Assembly: GCF_006345805.1 (NCBI RefSeq)
Contig: NC_042997.1
Location: forward strand, 161,324,001-161,388,000
Direction of reading: 5' to 3'
Origin: Octopus sinensis
Lineage: Eukaryota
DNA: 64,000 nt
Shown: piece after piece, positions 41,252 through 55,325 of the stretch
How positions within the stretch are numbered: the first letter of the stretch is position 1
How the letters are laid out: the number at the start of each line of letters is the position of its first letter
Notes under the pieces: generated by a model
Told to the model about the DNA's origin: nothing
The model's input: the letters and a program-made list of their open reading frames with translations, nothing else
Databases searched by the model: none
Position numbers and translations under genes: made by a program

Positions 41252-42789
41252 GTATGTATGTATGTATGTATGTATGTATGTATGTATGTATGCATGTATG
41301 TATATGTATGTGTATAAGATAATGCTTTCATTCAGTTAACTTTAAGACACCAAGTTTCCTACTGATACACGACTAGTATATTCCTTTCAGAAATCTAAAA
41401 ATTTGCCATACAAATAGTGTGAGTGTCATGGATACAAGTGAGATTTCTTTTTCCAGTCTGGACAAATATCTCTTTCAAAAATAGATTTTTTTTTTTCAAA
41501 TTATTTACAGTCCTTGTATAAATATTTCCTTCTAAGCTTTAATACCAATAACTACCATGCTGTCTGTTGCAGATTTAAATTTAGAAGTTGATGCTTTTTG
41601 ATACTGAATTGCAGATATTTTAACAAATATTCTTAAATACTGGCTAATAAACTATGGGTTTCATGCTAAAATCATCTTCCTATTTCATAATAATAAATTG
41701 TGCATATGTGAATGTAATAAGATGCATAGTATGTATATGTATGCATATGTGTGTATATGTATGTGTGTGTGTGTGCATGTGTGTGTATGAGTGTTTGTGC
41801 ATATGTATTTAATTTTCTAAACCCTCATCTGAATATTCGTGAGGGTATTTATGTTTTCATAGATACATATATACCTCCAAACTATCAGCAGCTATAAGAA
41901 TAAATAGATTTAAGTAACTGAAATAAATTCTTTGAGCAGGATGCCCTTCTTAATGTTGTCTGAGTACAGAACTCATTTTTCTAATAAAGAGACTGGGCGA
42001 GTAAAATTATTTGACTTATACAATGCATAAGAAAAGTGTTTTCTACATTCATATTTTTAACCAGTGAAATCGGAGTGGTTGGTGTTAGGAAGGGCATCCA
42101 GCTATAGAAACTCTGCCAGATCAAATTGTAGTCTGGTGCAGCCATCTGGTTTGCCAGACCTCAGTCAAATCGTCCAACCCATGCTAGCATAGAAAGCGGA
42201 CGTTAAACGAATATGATGATGATGATGAAATAATGTATCAGCAAGCTGTTTATTGTAGCACTGTCATGAAAAGAATACACATTAACACTTACACTGACTG
42301 AAAATACAGTTTTATCTGGTGCAATGAAGCTTTTAAATGGAATTTTCAAAAGCATTAGTTTCTCTGTGCCTTTGTTTACATTTACATGAAATTTATATTG
42401 GTACTAAATTACCAGTTATTTTACATTCTGTGGGCAGTCATGTGTTAGGAGCTATAAAATTACAATTGCTTATTCTAAATGTAGACTACATCAGTACTTT
42501 TACAAATATAATCCAACTTATCATTTCTTTTTGTAGACAAGTTAGTGAGCTATGTAAGAAATATCATCAGAGCACAATGATACCTTGATTTAACAAAAAA
42601 ATTTTCATTTGCTATAAAAATGGAATTTGACCAACAAAAATATTTCCAATTACTAGTATGGAAAAGTTATTTTCCAAACAGAAAACATCAACATTTCTTT
42701 TCTCTCCCTTCCTTCTTCTGAATGATAAGTGTTATAAGTATATTGGTATTGCTGAAAATATTGATAGGATCACTTTGCAAACACTAACC

Positions 42790-42970
42790 CTTCTCTTCAA
42801 GATCACAAAATTCTATAATCTGAACAATTGCAGATGCTCTACAAAATTCAAGTGAAGTCCTCACTTCAGTTTTGTTGCATTGCCCTACCACATCTGGGAA
42901 GCCAGCGCTGTTGCACGCACAAATATCCTTGTGTAAATCCTGAATAAAGCCAGTTAACGTATTGATATAA
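42790..42970 (+). mobile_element. CR1/Jockey-like LINE remnant
   Basis: LYKIQVKSSLQFC..HIWEASAVARTNIL resembles the CR1 post-RT motif LYK.QVRP.LEY.SHIW. Confidence 0.6.
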
Positions 42971-44168
42971 AAACTTTTCATGGACATGCCTCAATTTCTG
43001 GCCCATGTACTTCCTCTTATGCCTTTACCACCTCTATAATAGACTTTGTATCTCTACTCATGCATCCCTAACCTACTCATCTCTCTTTCCTTAATCACCC
43101 TTCTTGTGTCCAACCCTAAATAAGTCCTTCACTAACCTCTATACCCAGTCTTTCCTCCTTAGAATATCATCTCTTGGAATCTTCTCCCTATCTGTGTCAT
43201 TTCTACAGGTGTCAACCCACAACAGTTTAAATAAAAGATTAACAGCATGAATCACATTGATAGTGTAAGTTCTGTAATGGCATTAGGCATTGCCCTTCAC
43301 CTCCAATTCCAGCAAGTAAAAATATTTTTTTAAATACAAGAAATACAAACTTAATGGCTATTGTATTTGTCTTAAGATAAAATGGCAATCTGAACACTTC
43401 TCCAACAAGGCAATAAAATTATATGCATTTGTTTTATTGACATTAAATACTGCTAAAACTTAAACATTAACTGCAAGCTTCCATAGAAATAATTATTCTT
43501 GTAGACTCATAACAAAGGAAATGACAAGAAAAAGCTTTAATATTTTAGTATATCTGTATTTGGTTTTTGTGTGGTATCTCTATGCAATATCTACTAGATA
43601 AAAGAAACAAAAAATAAATATATGAACCACATTTTCAGACTCCAAAGCTGGTGGACAGATCAACTTTAAGGGGTGGGGCTTAGTGGGAAAATGTTATATA
43701 TACCAACAAATAAATCATGACTACTTGAAAATGATAGCAACATTAGCAGAGAGAATAGCAATTTTTTTTTTACTACTTATGTCAAATTTTTAATTCAGTG
43801 CAAATGATGGCAACAAAATAACTAATGGAAAAATTATTCTAAAAAGTCCTTAAATTCTAAAGATGTAACTAAAAAAAATTGGTCACATTTCTATGAGTGA
43901 TGAAGAGGGAATTCAATCAAAATTTCCCATAAAACAGTGCAGCATCTGTGATTTTCTGCTTACCAGTATAAAGTGCATCTAGCTGTGAAGATTTTGTTCC
44001 ATTACAATATGAAAAATGTTCAAATAAGCAGAAAAATTTGCTAACAAAGGAAAATGAATACAAAACAGTTAAAAAAAAAAGAAAATAAACAGAAATGCAA
44101 AAATGAAAACTTTAATTCAAAGTTTCCTTTTTAATTCTATTTTAAGGATTATTAAAAAATATAATTAC

Positions 44169-44318
44169 CCAGGAATTCTTTTAATTGTCTTAGAAATAAA
44201 TTTCAAAGCTTCTTTAGAAATATTTTCATACATGTTACTTCCATCAAATCGATTGTATGCAATATTAGCCAGTGTCTCTTCTACAGTACTTCCAACAAAA
44301 GGAGTTTCTCCACTGAGC
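44169..44318 (-). CDS. unc-89: Obscurin/UNC-89-like kinase exon (subdomains IX-XI)
   Basis: 150 nt, phase 2-2, AG/GT; LLSGETPFVGSTVEETLANIAYNRFDGSNMYENISKEALKFISKTIKRIPG. Confidence 0.92.
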
Positions 44319-45554
44319 CTAGAAAATCATTTGTATAATTTAATTAGTCATAAAAAGTTACTAATTTGATTATAGTTCTCTATGGTAAGTTTCCTCTACC
44401 AAAGAAAATAGCAAATAAAAACACAAGAAATCAATCACTTCAAAATTACAATTTTCTTAATATGATTACTAATGTAAGTTTTTGAAAACATCATTGAAAC
44501 AAATAATAAAAAATAGATCAAATTATATCAAGTTATAGGTAAAAATTAATGTCATTTTTTTTGTTTTTTGACAGCATCAGGTTTGAGATTTTATAAAAAT
44601 TCTTATTTTGATACCTTTACTTAGCTATGATAAAACATTTTTAGAGTGAATAATAATAATTACTTTCTGTTTTCACTAATGCAAATAATAATACACCTGG
44701 AAATACAGTTATATTTCAAACATGAGTACATATATAGCTTTGTAGGTATGTCATTTACTTTGGGATTTGATCTCAATGAATAGAGCAAAAGATTGTGTGT
44801 GAAATTTGGGGTATAAGCTAGACATAAATGTACATGGTATGTTTAATAATACTGTGCAGGCTACAGGGTATATTTGCATAGTGAATATAAATGTATATTT
44901 ATTAAATGCATATATGCAAATTTATTTGCAACTCATTCACAAACATGTAGCCTTTGTACCTTAGTTAATTTATATGCATTAACAATGGATTAAGTGATAT
45001 GCAAATGAGCACAAATACTGCCTGTTGTATATTGCATTTCTTATAAGTGGCAAAGATCACTCTCTCTCCCTCTCTTCTCTCTCTTTCTCTCTCTCTCTCA
45101 CCTCAAATGGTTGAAATATTCATTCATTAGAAGTTTCTACAAAACACATGGGACTAGTTGAGTTGCCTTTTATCTGTTTTGTAGAGAGAGCCACGTGATT
45201 TAATCTGGAATCTCATTGAACACAGAGACTCTATGTTCATTAAGTATACACAAGTAAATTTATTTACAACTTATTCACAAATATGCTGGGCTATATTAAT
45301 GTGGAGTTCATTTTGTAACCATGTTGCCTTAAGGCTCATTCCATTGCACCTTGGGCAAGTGTTTTACTTTAGTGTTACTATGTATGGAAACAGGTGAGAG
45401 TTGGTGACAGGAAGGACATCTGGCCATAGAATATTTACGTTGACAAATTTCTTCTGAACCATGTAAGCATAAGAAATTGGATGCAAATACAATGAGAATT
45501 ATATAAATACGTATGTATGTATGTGTGATTGTATGTCTGATTGTGTGAAGGTGC

Positions 45555-45850
45555 ATGGCTTAGGAGCCAAGGTATCAGCTCACAATTGTAAGGTCGTGAG
45601 TTTGATTCCTGGTGACATGCTGCATTCTTGAGCATAACACTTTATTTCTCATTGCTCCAGTCCACTCAATTGGCAAAAATGAGTTGTACATGTAATTTAA
45701 AAGGCGAGTCTTGTCACACTTTGTGCCACAGTGAATCTCCCTGAGAACTACATTAAGGATATGAGTGTCTGTGGAGTGCTGAGCCACTTGCACATTAATT
45801 TCACAAGCAGGCTGTTCAGTTGATCAAATTAACTAGAACATTTGTCAACA
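45555..45850 (+). mobile_element. tRNA-headed SINE with a CORE-like central segment
   Basis: B-box-like GAGTTTGATTCC, then 'cttgagcataacactttatttc..ttgctccagtccactca'; homologues at ~28.9 kb and ~60.6 kb. Confidence 0.65.
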
Positions 45851-45930
45851 TAACTGATGGAGAGGCAAACCACGTATGTATGTATGTATGTATGTATGTA
45901 TGTATGTATGTATGTATGTATGTATGTATG

Positions 45931-45964
<34 letters not shown>

Positions 45965-45975
45965 TGTATGTATGT

Positions 45976-46180
45976 AGGGAAAGTTTACGAAAATAAACAA
46001 AAGACGAAGGCAGGTGGAGTACAAACAAACAAATGTATTAGTATAATGCTCAGGAATAGAAAAAGTCTTTTACATTTCGAGCCTACGCTCTTCGACAGAA
46101 AGATACACAGAAAAAAACAAGGAGAGAAACAAGGAGAGAAAAAAATGCGTGTAGGAGCTAACGATCTATCATGGCGTCCT
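45976..46180 (-). mobile_element. Pseudo-LTR-like repeat with a CUGUNGA hammerhead-like motif, copy 2
   Basis: Reverse complement of 46067-46102: CTTT-CTGTCGA-A-GAGC(gtag)GCTC-GAAAT-GTA-AAAG; embedded in (GTAT)n on both sides. Confidence 0.72.
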
Positions 46181-46371
46181 ATGTAAGTATGTATGTATGT
46201 ATGTATGTATGTATGTCAGTGTAAATGAAACAAAAATATGTTGATGTATTTTAAACAGGGCTCAATAAAAGAAGTACTTAGATTAATTATTAGGGTTAAT
46301 AGTCCAAAGACTGTAGTCTTTAAAATAAAGGTAAAAAAATTAGGTTTAAGAGAAAAAATATTCATACTAAC

Positions 46372-46447
46372 AGTAGTGTTGAAATAACACCAACTCCCCA
46401 GACATCAGCAGCAACACCAGCAGGTTCTCCGACCACAACTTCAGGTG
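46372..46447 (-). CDS. unc-89: Obscurin/UNC-89-like kinase exon (subdomains VIII-IX)
   Basis: 76 nt, phase 1-2, AG/GT; SPEVVVGEPAGVAADVWGVGVISTLL. Confidence 0.92.
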
Positions 46448-48003
46448 CTAAAATGATAGAATTTAAGCATATTTACAAATAAGTCCAATAGTTATCTTTT
46501 TAACAAAATAGGTAAAGTGGTATCACTTAATTTGTTAGGAAGACATTTGACAATTCAGGTAGAATCTTTCTTTGATTGCTGCTGTTTGCCTTAGATCAAT
46601 TGTGATCAAGCAGTTTCATAATCAAAAAGCATTCCAGCTGTGACCATCCCATCCATTTTTTTAGACACGTTGGTGATAAGACCACATTAATCAATGAATC
46701 CTATTTTCTAAGACAATATAATTTGAGGGACATTCAGTTACTATTTCTAGCTATCCATGTAACCTACCTTGATGGCCAGTCATAAATGGGATTTCATAAG
46801 GTGTTAGGTATAGCTTTATGTATTTTTTCTTAATGTGTTGCTGCGTTGTTGTTGTTGTATTGCTGATTAACCATCAAGTCAGCACAACCTGAGCACATCT
46901 AGGCTCAAATGCTTTCTGGCTATGATGATCCCATCTTATTTTCAGGAATAGTTTATCTAGGACCACATTATTCAATGTGTCCTTTATAAAAAGGAAAGAC
47001 CCATCAGGTGTAATTGCTACAGATTTAGTTACTATTTGTAGCAGGCTGAGCAGCTATATAGAAGCTCCCTTAATGGGGCAATTTCCTTTTGTAGAGGATT
47101 AGCAACAATTACAAAGGTTTGGTTTCAAATCTTGGCACAAGGCCAGCAATTTTGGTGGGGAGGGAGTAAGTCGATTACATTGACTCCACTGTTCAACTGG
47201 TACTTATTTTAATATCCCAAAAAGGATGAAAGGCGAAGTCAAACCCTGTGGCATTTGAACACAGAATGTAAAGTTGGAAGAAATTCCATTAAGCATATTG
47301 TCCAGTGCATTAATAATTCTGCTAGCTCACTGCAGAATATTGACAAATAAATATATATAAAAACAATGTACTACTGTTGAAGAGTTTCAGTTCCTTAATC
47401 TGTTTTAGTTATTACAGTCAAGACCATGCTCATATACAGCTATGCATATTCTTTTGAGATGAAACATAGTAAGTGTTGATGCAGTAGAAGTAGAGAAGTA
47501 GTAAAATGAAGTGTGAAACGAAGTGACATTTACAGTCTCTGCTTTTAAGATGTCAGCTATTTCAGTCTTTATAAAAAATTACTTTAGCATGTCCAAGAGA
47601 GCTAAATCAAAGATTATTGCTTCCAAATAATGAATGTTGGAGATATGTCAGTATATATAACTTTCATCTAGTAATAACTACACCCTGGATATTCTTCATC
47701 AGTTATGATACACCCTCTTCACAAAAATGCATTGGACATATATTGAAAGTAAATAAGACAGAGTTAACCAAGTCATTATATTTTTAAATACTTATCTTGC
47801 AAAATATTTTGCATTGCTTGTGTAAGGATCAACAAAGTGACACATGACACAACAGTACTAGACAACTAGGGAGTTGATATCATTGACTAAAATCATAAAG
47901 GTAATGCCCCAGCATGGCCACAGACTAAATACACTAAAAATATACTCAACTGATCTCAATTAGAAAATTCAAAGATTTTAATGTTTTAAATATGTTTACT
48001 TAC

Positions 48004-48464
48004 ACATAAATTCTGGTGATCCACACTGAGGGACATGTTTTCCAATTGGTGTTACAATCTTCTGGGCTAAGGTGAAATCCTTAAGTTTCAATATAGGACA
48101 CATTCTTCCCAACAAGATGTTTTCTGGTTGTATGTTCAAATGAATGATACACAAGAAATGCAAATATTGTAAAGCATCTAGTAGCTGAGTGATAATTCTT
48201 GCCGCATCGTCCTCAGTGTAGCTACATCTAGATGACAAATGGTCAATGATATTCTCACTGTCAACATACTCAAAGATTACTGTGTGAATGTTGTTGAATA
48301 AGAAAGCTCCAATCACAGTAATGACATTTACATGTTGGACTGTTACTAAAAGATTGAATTCGTTCATAATTTCATCTGTAGGTGTTTCATAAGGAGTTAT
48401 TCTGGCATAGTACAATTCTTCTGTTCTTTTGCTTCGACACAGCTTCCATTGACGAAATGCACCC
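48004..48464 (-). CDS. unc-89: Obscurin/UNC-89-like kinase exon (subdomains I-VIII)
   Basis: 461 nt, phase 2-1, AG/GTAAGT; RGAFRQWKLC...YYARI...NEF...YTEDD...LQYLH...HLNIQPENIL...KLKDFTLA...GSPEFM. Confidence 0.95.
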
Positions 48465-48894
48465 CTGAGAAATAGTAATTCAGCAAAAAGGGGTCATAAT
48501 AACAAGTAACTGAAACAAATGAATGCATATGCCTTCTCACACACGCACACACATTTTGAATATGCACTTAAAGGCTCTTATTCTATTATGCTGGCTACAG
48601 CCTAATGATACCAACTAGCAATACCAGCTTTTGGAGTCACACCAAGCTGTGCCAATATAATGTAGGATAAGTATAGTAGTAATAATAATACTCTTTGGAT
48701 AGAATTTACAAATGTTCTAATGCATCACTATGCACGTTTCCACAAATTACATGTTTCTTAAGATGATAGTCCATATTCCTGGAATCATCCTAGGAATACA
48801 GACTATGATCTTAAGAAACATGTGATTTGTGGAAATGTACATAGCGAAGAATTAAAATATTTATAAATTCCATCCAAGGATTATTATTTGGGCC

Positions 48895-49345
48895 TCTGTG
48901 CCGGTGGCACATAAAAAGCACCATCCGATCGTGGCCATTGCCAGCCTCGCCTGGCCACCGTGCTGGTGGCACATAAAAAGCACCATCCGATCGTGGCCAT
49001 TGCCAGCCTCGCCTGGCCACCGTGCTGGTGGCACATAAAAAGCACCATCCGATCGTGGTCATTGCCAGCCTCGCCTGGCCACCGTGCCGGTGGCACATAA
49101 AAAGCACCATCCGACCGTGGCCATTTGCCAGCCCTGTCTGGCACCTGTGTCGGTGGCACATAAAAAGCACCCACTACACTCACGGAGTGGTTGGTGTTAA
49201 GAAGGGCATCCAGCCGTAGAAACATTGCCAGATCAGACTGGGCCTGGTGCAGCCTTCTGGCTTCCCAGACCCCAGTTGAACCGTCCAACCCATGCTAGCA
49301 TGGAAAGCGGACGCTAAATGATGATGATGATGATGATGATGATAA
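48895..49345 (+). mobile_element. SINE family C with an internal 62-bp tandem array
   Basis: Units start at 48903, 48965, 49027, 49089 and 49152, then the family-C 3' end and a (GAT)n tail. Confidence 0.9.
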
Positions 49346-49647
49346 TTTAAGGTGCATTCCATTAGGACTGTATTAGAGTACAAAGTAGAGCTCATTCACC
49401 CTTAGAATTACCAAATAGGTGATAGTATCATGGTATACTTCCAAGTCTATGTTTAGACATTCATTGCTTGTGAAAATAAAATAAAATTGAATAAATAGTC
49501 AAGAATGTGTACATTTAAATCTTATGTAAAGGTGGATCTATGTTGTATTGAAACATGTGTAGTTTTTATTGAATAGCTGTCTAAACATACTCATTCTTGA
49601 TTCTATCTATACAATTTTAGATATATATACATATATATATATATATA

Positions 49648-50033
49648 CTAGCTTAAAAGCTGCCTTGTTGGGTGGCTTTTAAGCTAGTATGTAACTTTTA
49701 AGCAACTAACCCCAAATGGGAAGATCTGCAAACAGATCTCTGACTTGTTTTGGAGAATTTGTTGCAATTGCTTCCTCCAGAGTCATATCCCAATGATGAT
49801 CATCATTGATCATCACTAAAAATCATGTAAAAAAAATTGCCGAAAACAATTACAGTAATGAAAACATAGGAATCCAAAATTTCAGGATTGCAGTTCTGGA
49901 TTCAGCCCGGAATGTTTTTAATTTACTCATGGAGTCAGCTTGATTCCAAAATGGTATGATATGTTGGGCTACGGCCTCTAGGAGTAAAGCTGAAAAATTG
50001 TGACACTCTGACATTCACATTTATTATATTAGA
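49648..50033 (-). mobile_element. Non-autonomous Helitron
   Basis: Minus strand reads A|TCTAATATAATAAATG at the 5' end (50033) and hairpin + CTAG|T at the 3' end (49648); inserted between A and T. Confidence 0.8.
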
Positions 50034-50427
50034 TATGTGTAATTTTGGGGAAATTGTATTTCAATTAAAGTGTATTTTATATATGTGTGTGTGTGTGCAA
50101 GCACGTGTGTTCACCACACACACACACACACACACACATATTTATTTTGTTGTGTCTGGGGAGTCATTCTCTTTTAGTGCCTTAGTATTTAATACACTCA
50201 CCGGTAAAGTTTCCACTCATTTACTTATTTACTTTTCCTAAAACTTTTGTTGCATCTTGCAAACTTTTCAATATATATATGTATGTCTGGCAACCTTTTC
50301 AACATATATTGGTATGTATTAAAGAAAGCAAAAGAATAAAACAAAAATGATAGTGTTCAGTAGTTGGTTCAGTATACTGGCCAGGAAAGTTGTACATCAT
50401 CTCCCTCTTTCTCTCACATACCCACTT

Positions 50428-50478
<51 letters not shown>

Positions 50479-50664
50479 TACTGCCTCCACCAACACCCTT
50501 ACCATCTCTATGCCTACTGTTACTCACACCCCAGCACAAAGAAGTGTCATTGAATAGTGAGAAAGGGGGTTCAAAGTGTAACACACTGACACACAGAAAT
50601 TAGTTTTCACATTTATTATATTATATTATAAATATAAATATGCATTTATATGTATATGCGTATA

Positions 50665-50695
<31 letters not shown>

Positions 50696-52927
50696 CAGTG
50701 TGTATGTATGTATGTATGTATGTATGTATGTATGTATGATTGTACATATGTATGTATGTATGTATGATTGTACATATGTATGTATGTATGCATGTGCCTA
50801 ATTTAATCATCACTTGTGACTGTGGAATTGAAATCATTAAATTCTGCTAGGATAATCACACAACTGAATTACCACAAGGCATTGAAAAGGAATTAAACAT
50901 AGAAGTGCCATAATTCCTTCTAGAGGATAGCTATTTCGTGCTTAATGAGAATATTTATTTCCAAAAATCTGTAACTACAGCAAGGACAAAAACAGGCCCT
51001 CTCTTTGCAAATTTCATCATGGGTTAGCTAGAGATTACAATGTACCAAAATTCACTACAATAATGTTGCAATCCTTATTTTATACGTACAGAATAAATGG
51101 GAATGATAACTTAATGTTTGCCTCATTTTATAAAATGAAAGCATAGAAATGTTAAAAAAATTCAAAACACTACTCAATAGAATTAACTTAGGTATACAAT
51201 TCCCCATTAAATACAGCCAAGACCAAGTCCCATTTTTAGATATCCTAATATAGAAAGTCAAAAACCAGAGACATATATATACTATAAACCAACAGACTCT
51301 AAAAAATATCTATCTTTCAATTCATGCCATCCAAGATGGAAGAGAGGAGATGTCCCATGTAATCTGGCCAGAATGATTTGCACAATTTTATCTGATGAAA
51401 ACATGTGACATATACTTCAAGAGCCTAATGATACACCCCTTGACAGAAATTATCTACCATCTTTAATCAATAATGGAATGCAACAAGCCAAGAAAATTAG
51501 TATCCAAACAGTAAAATAAACAATATATATCACAACTGAAAATCTTTCCTTTCATTTCCGCCCACAATCCTAAAAATAATGAGGCCTACAATACTATATT
51601 TCAAAATATATGAACACTAAAGAAAGTCTCCAGAACAAACCAAATCCTCCAAACTCGTACCTTCATAAAAAATAAAAGACAATCTAAATCAATGTAAAAA
51701 TATTAACCATGGCCAAAAATTGTTAATATTTTTATACAGTAACAACAGAATAACAACAGAATCAACAGTTTGCACTTCGTTAATATTTTTACACAACAAC
51801 AGAACTAACAGCAAAAAATACTGAAGATCCAACAATGGCATATGTTTAAATCTATCAGATAGATCAAATATCTGTTTTGATAAGGGGCAACTCTTCAAAA
51901 TATAAAAAATTAACTTTGTGAGCACCTGAAAACTTAATTTATGTAATAACATGCTAAGCACATGGAAAAAAAAACTACATAAGAAAAGTCATGCTGTCCT
52001 TAAAATAATGCAAAATTTGAATTCTGGAGCTGTGTAAAATAGGACTCAGTCAATATATTAGACATAGGTGCCAGTAAGAAACAAACATTTTATGATCATC
52101 CTGTTTTTCAGTTTTCAAATGGCTCATTGCAACTGTATTGCATCAACAAAAAAAGATAAGAGCAACATTCATAAAATACCAAGCACTTCTGAACCACTAT
52201 GAAAGAGAAAAAAGATTACAACTACTAAAGCTACTACTACTGCTGAAACTGCTGTGACCACTATAGTTACTATGGCCTCTACTGCTCCTGTTAGTGCTGC
52301 TACAGCTACTGTTCTGACTTCTGCTAGTGTAGGAAAGGAACAAATGCCCTTCCACTATATCTATGGTGTCTCCCTTTTCTACTACTACTACTACTACTAC
52401 TACTACTATTGTTGGTGCAGCTGATAAAGTAAGGTGAGGCTGATACAGCTTCTACAAAATCAACCACTCCTATTGCTGCAACTGCTACTTCACTATACAA
52501 CAGTTTTCACCTTAATATCAACATTGTCAGGAAGGTACAATAGAAAAATGCTACTGTTATAACTTTTACTACTACACTTATGGCTTAGAAGACATCAGGA
52601 GACCAATAACTGCTACCATATGAATTTCATATAAAAATATACATGAACTTTCAAAACTGCTATGATTAATTTAATTTTACTCAATTTGGTTTTCCTTTCC
52701 TTATTGAATTTTTTAGGCAATTGAAACTAATGGTATATTTTGATAAAAATGTAAATATTTTCTCTTTTTATTCATGATAAAGTTCTAGAAGTACTTTCTC
52801 CTTCCATTTTTTTGCTGTAAATTTATTCATGAGAAATGTCTTAACCATTTCAATATGTCTATATATTTAATACATACATACATACATACATACATACATA
52901 CATACATACACATACATACATACATAC

Positions 52928-53555
52928 AGAGGACAAAGAAATAAGTACCCACAATATAGAAGAAGCCATAGCCACTCAATAAAAAGAAATACTGGTGGAA
53001 TGTACCAGTGAAGACTTCAAAGAAATGTAAGCACAACAGACCTAATATAATAATTTGGGACAGAGAAGTGAAACTGAGCACAGTTGTAGAAATTAGCTGC
53101 CCAGTAAATGTGAACATAAAGCCAAAGATCAGAGAAAAAGCGAACACCTATGCTGAACTATTAAGAAATCTGCAGGTACTCTATCCAGATTAAAATTTCA
53201 GGCTTGTACCTGTAATTATTGGAACCCTAGGATGTGTATTGAGAAATTAGGCTTCTCAAAACCAGAAAGGTGAAAGCTAATTTGAAAACTGCAGATCCAA
53301 TCCATCACTGGAACTGTAAAAATCTGTAAACTTTTCCAGAAGTTTGGCATTTAAATATATATGAGCATGTCTAGATATGCAACTATATGCATGAGAACAT
53401 ATACAACAAACATAAAAATCTGCACATACATACATACATACAAAAAAATGCCTTGTTGTTGAAGTTGAAATTCCAATAAAGAAGCCTTGAATCTAGGTTA
53501 GAAACCAGTTCTTTCTCTATTGGAAAGAAATATTGAAATAAACTGAATAATAACA
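52928..53555 (+). mobile_element. R4/Dong-like LINE 3' end in an (ACAT)n array
   Basis: KEYWWNVPVK...HNRPNIIIWD...VVEISCP...EKANTYAELLR...VPVIIGTLG; (CATA)n at 52873-52927 and again after 53553. Confidence 0.85.
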
Positions 53556-53562
53556 TACATAC

Positions 53563-53625
<63 letters not shown>

Positions 53626-54045
53626 TATGTATGTATGAAATACAAAAGAGAAAGTGTTTAAGAATTTTTGGAAACATTAGACCACAATTACATTTGGAAG
53701 GTGAAATATACCTTCAAGTGCTTTGTGGCATAAATAGTGGCAAGCAAAAGTTCAAGTATATCCATCCTCGATAATTAGTAGCATTTCAATGACAGTCTTT
53801 CTCTGTTAAACATACTATTCTAATATGATTTTATTTTCCATTACCAATTCAGACAAAGTCACTATCTCATTCTTATGTATAAATGTACTCGCCACTCATC
53901 ACATCTAAACACACCTTAACAGAAACCTTGAGAACAGGCCACTGACTACAAGCAGGAGTGGAAACATACCTGTGAGGTTAAGGAGTTTGCTTCACAATTA
54001 TATGATTTATAACAAAAAATTATCAGATATTAAGAATGTACAAAC

Positions 54046-54235
54046 CTAGTGATTTCTTCAAGGAACGTATATTGTTCAGCAGGATCAAAATTCATGACTT
54101 CATCGTCTCTATCCTTGTAATATTCTACAACATTTGCTGGACCTTGGGATCGATTCAATGAAGATATTATATCTGCGTTTATGCATAACATCTGTGAATA
54201 GTCTGGATGTTTGTGTAATTCTAATACTTTACAAC
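54046..54235 (-). CDS. unc-89: Obscurin/UNC-89-like exon (FN3-kinase linker, kinase start)
   Basis: 190 nt, phase 1-2, AG/GT; ends DPAEQYTFLEEITR, matching the YTFLEE start of SPEG/obscurin kinase 2. Confidence 0.9.
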
Positions 54236-54904
54236 CTGAAAAAAAAAATTAAATAAGTTTCACTATTAAGCTAACTGATGTAAAAATATGTGTAAAATTA
54301 TAGAAGTAGCATGTAATTGTATACATAATATGTGCATAAAGATATCTATATATGTTGATACATAAGGGTGACGATATTGCTGAAGAGCTAAAAAGTTTGT
54401 TTCATAAAATGTCCTTATAATTTATCTATCTATCATGGAGAAGTATTTTCTGTCACAACCTTGGGTCAATCCAAGCCTTATGAGTGAAATTGGGTAAACA
54501 GAAAATGTTTGAAAATCTATAGGATAGACTGCACTATCACTTCAAAGGGCCAGTCTTGTCAAACACAGCAACACTGAACCTACATGAGTATTATATTAAG
54601 AGTACAAGTCGTTGGGGGATACTCAGTCATGTACACTACAATAGTTTGAAATTCTGACACATGGCTAGCTGTTTTTAGAGGAGATTATTATTTGATTATA
54701 CCGGCCCCAGTACTCGACTGCTAATTATTTTATCAACCCAAAAGGGATGAAGGCAAAGATGAACCTTGTGAAACTTGAACTCAGAAAGTAGTGAACCAAA
54801 ATAATGTGCACTATGATGTATTAAATAAAGGCTTTTATTGAACAAACTAGAACGTTAAACATCAAGCTAACATGTAATCCATCATATGTTGGTAAATAAT
54901 GCAT

Positions 54905-55325
54905 ACTCTTTTACTTGTTCAGTCATTTGACTGTGGCCATGCTGGAGCACCGCCTTTAGTCGAGAAAATTGACCCCAGAGCTTATTCTTTGTAAGCCTAG
55001 TACTTATTCTATTAGTCTCTTTTGCTGAACTGCTAAGTTACAGGGACATAAACACACCAACATCGGTTTTCAAGCAATGATGGGGGGACAAACACAGGCA
55101 CACAAACATATACACACACACACATATATATATATACATACACATATATATATATATATATACATATATACTTCTTTCAGTCTCCATCTACCAAATCCAC
55201 TCACAAGGCTTTGGTCAGCCCGAGGCTATAATAGAAGACACTTGCCTAAGGTGCCACGCAGTGGGAATGAACCCGGAACCATGTGGCTGGTAAGCAAGCT
55301 ACTTACCACACAGCCACTCCTGTGC
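54905..55325 (-). mobile_element. tRNA-derived SINE family A, full length
   Basis: Reverse complement of the 7045-7445 element. Confidence 0.85.

Noticed and set aside
42784-42987. Minus-strand ORF as an extra obscurin exon
   Set aside because: The kinase model is complete and in phase without it; the plus strand reads as a CR1 remnant.
48903-49170. CRISPR-like array
   Set aside because: Units are contiguous near-identical repeats with no unique spacers, inside a SINE in an animal genome.
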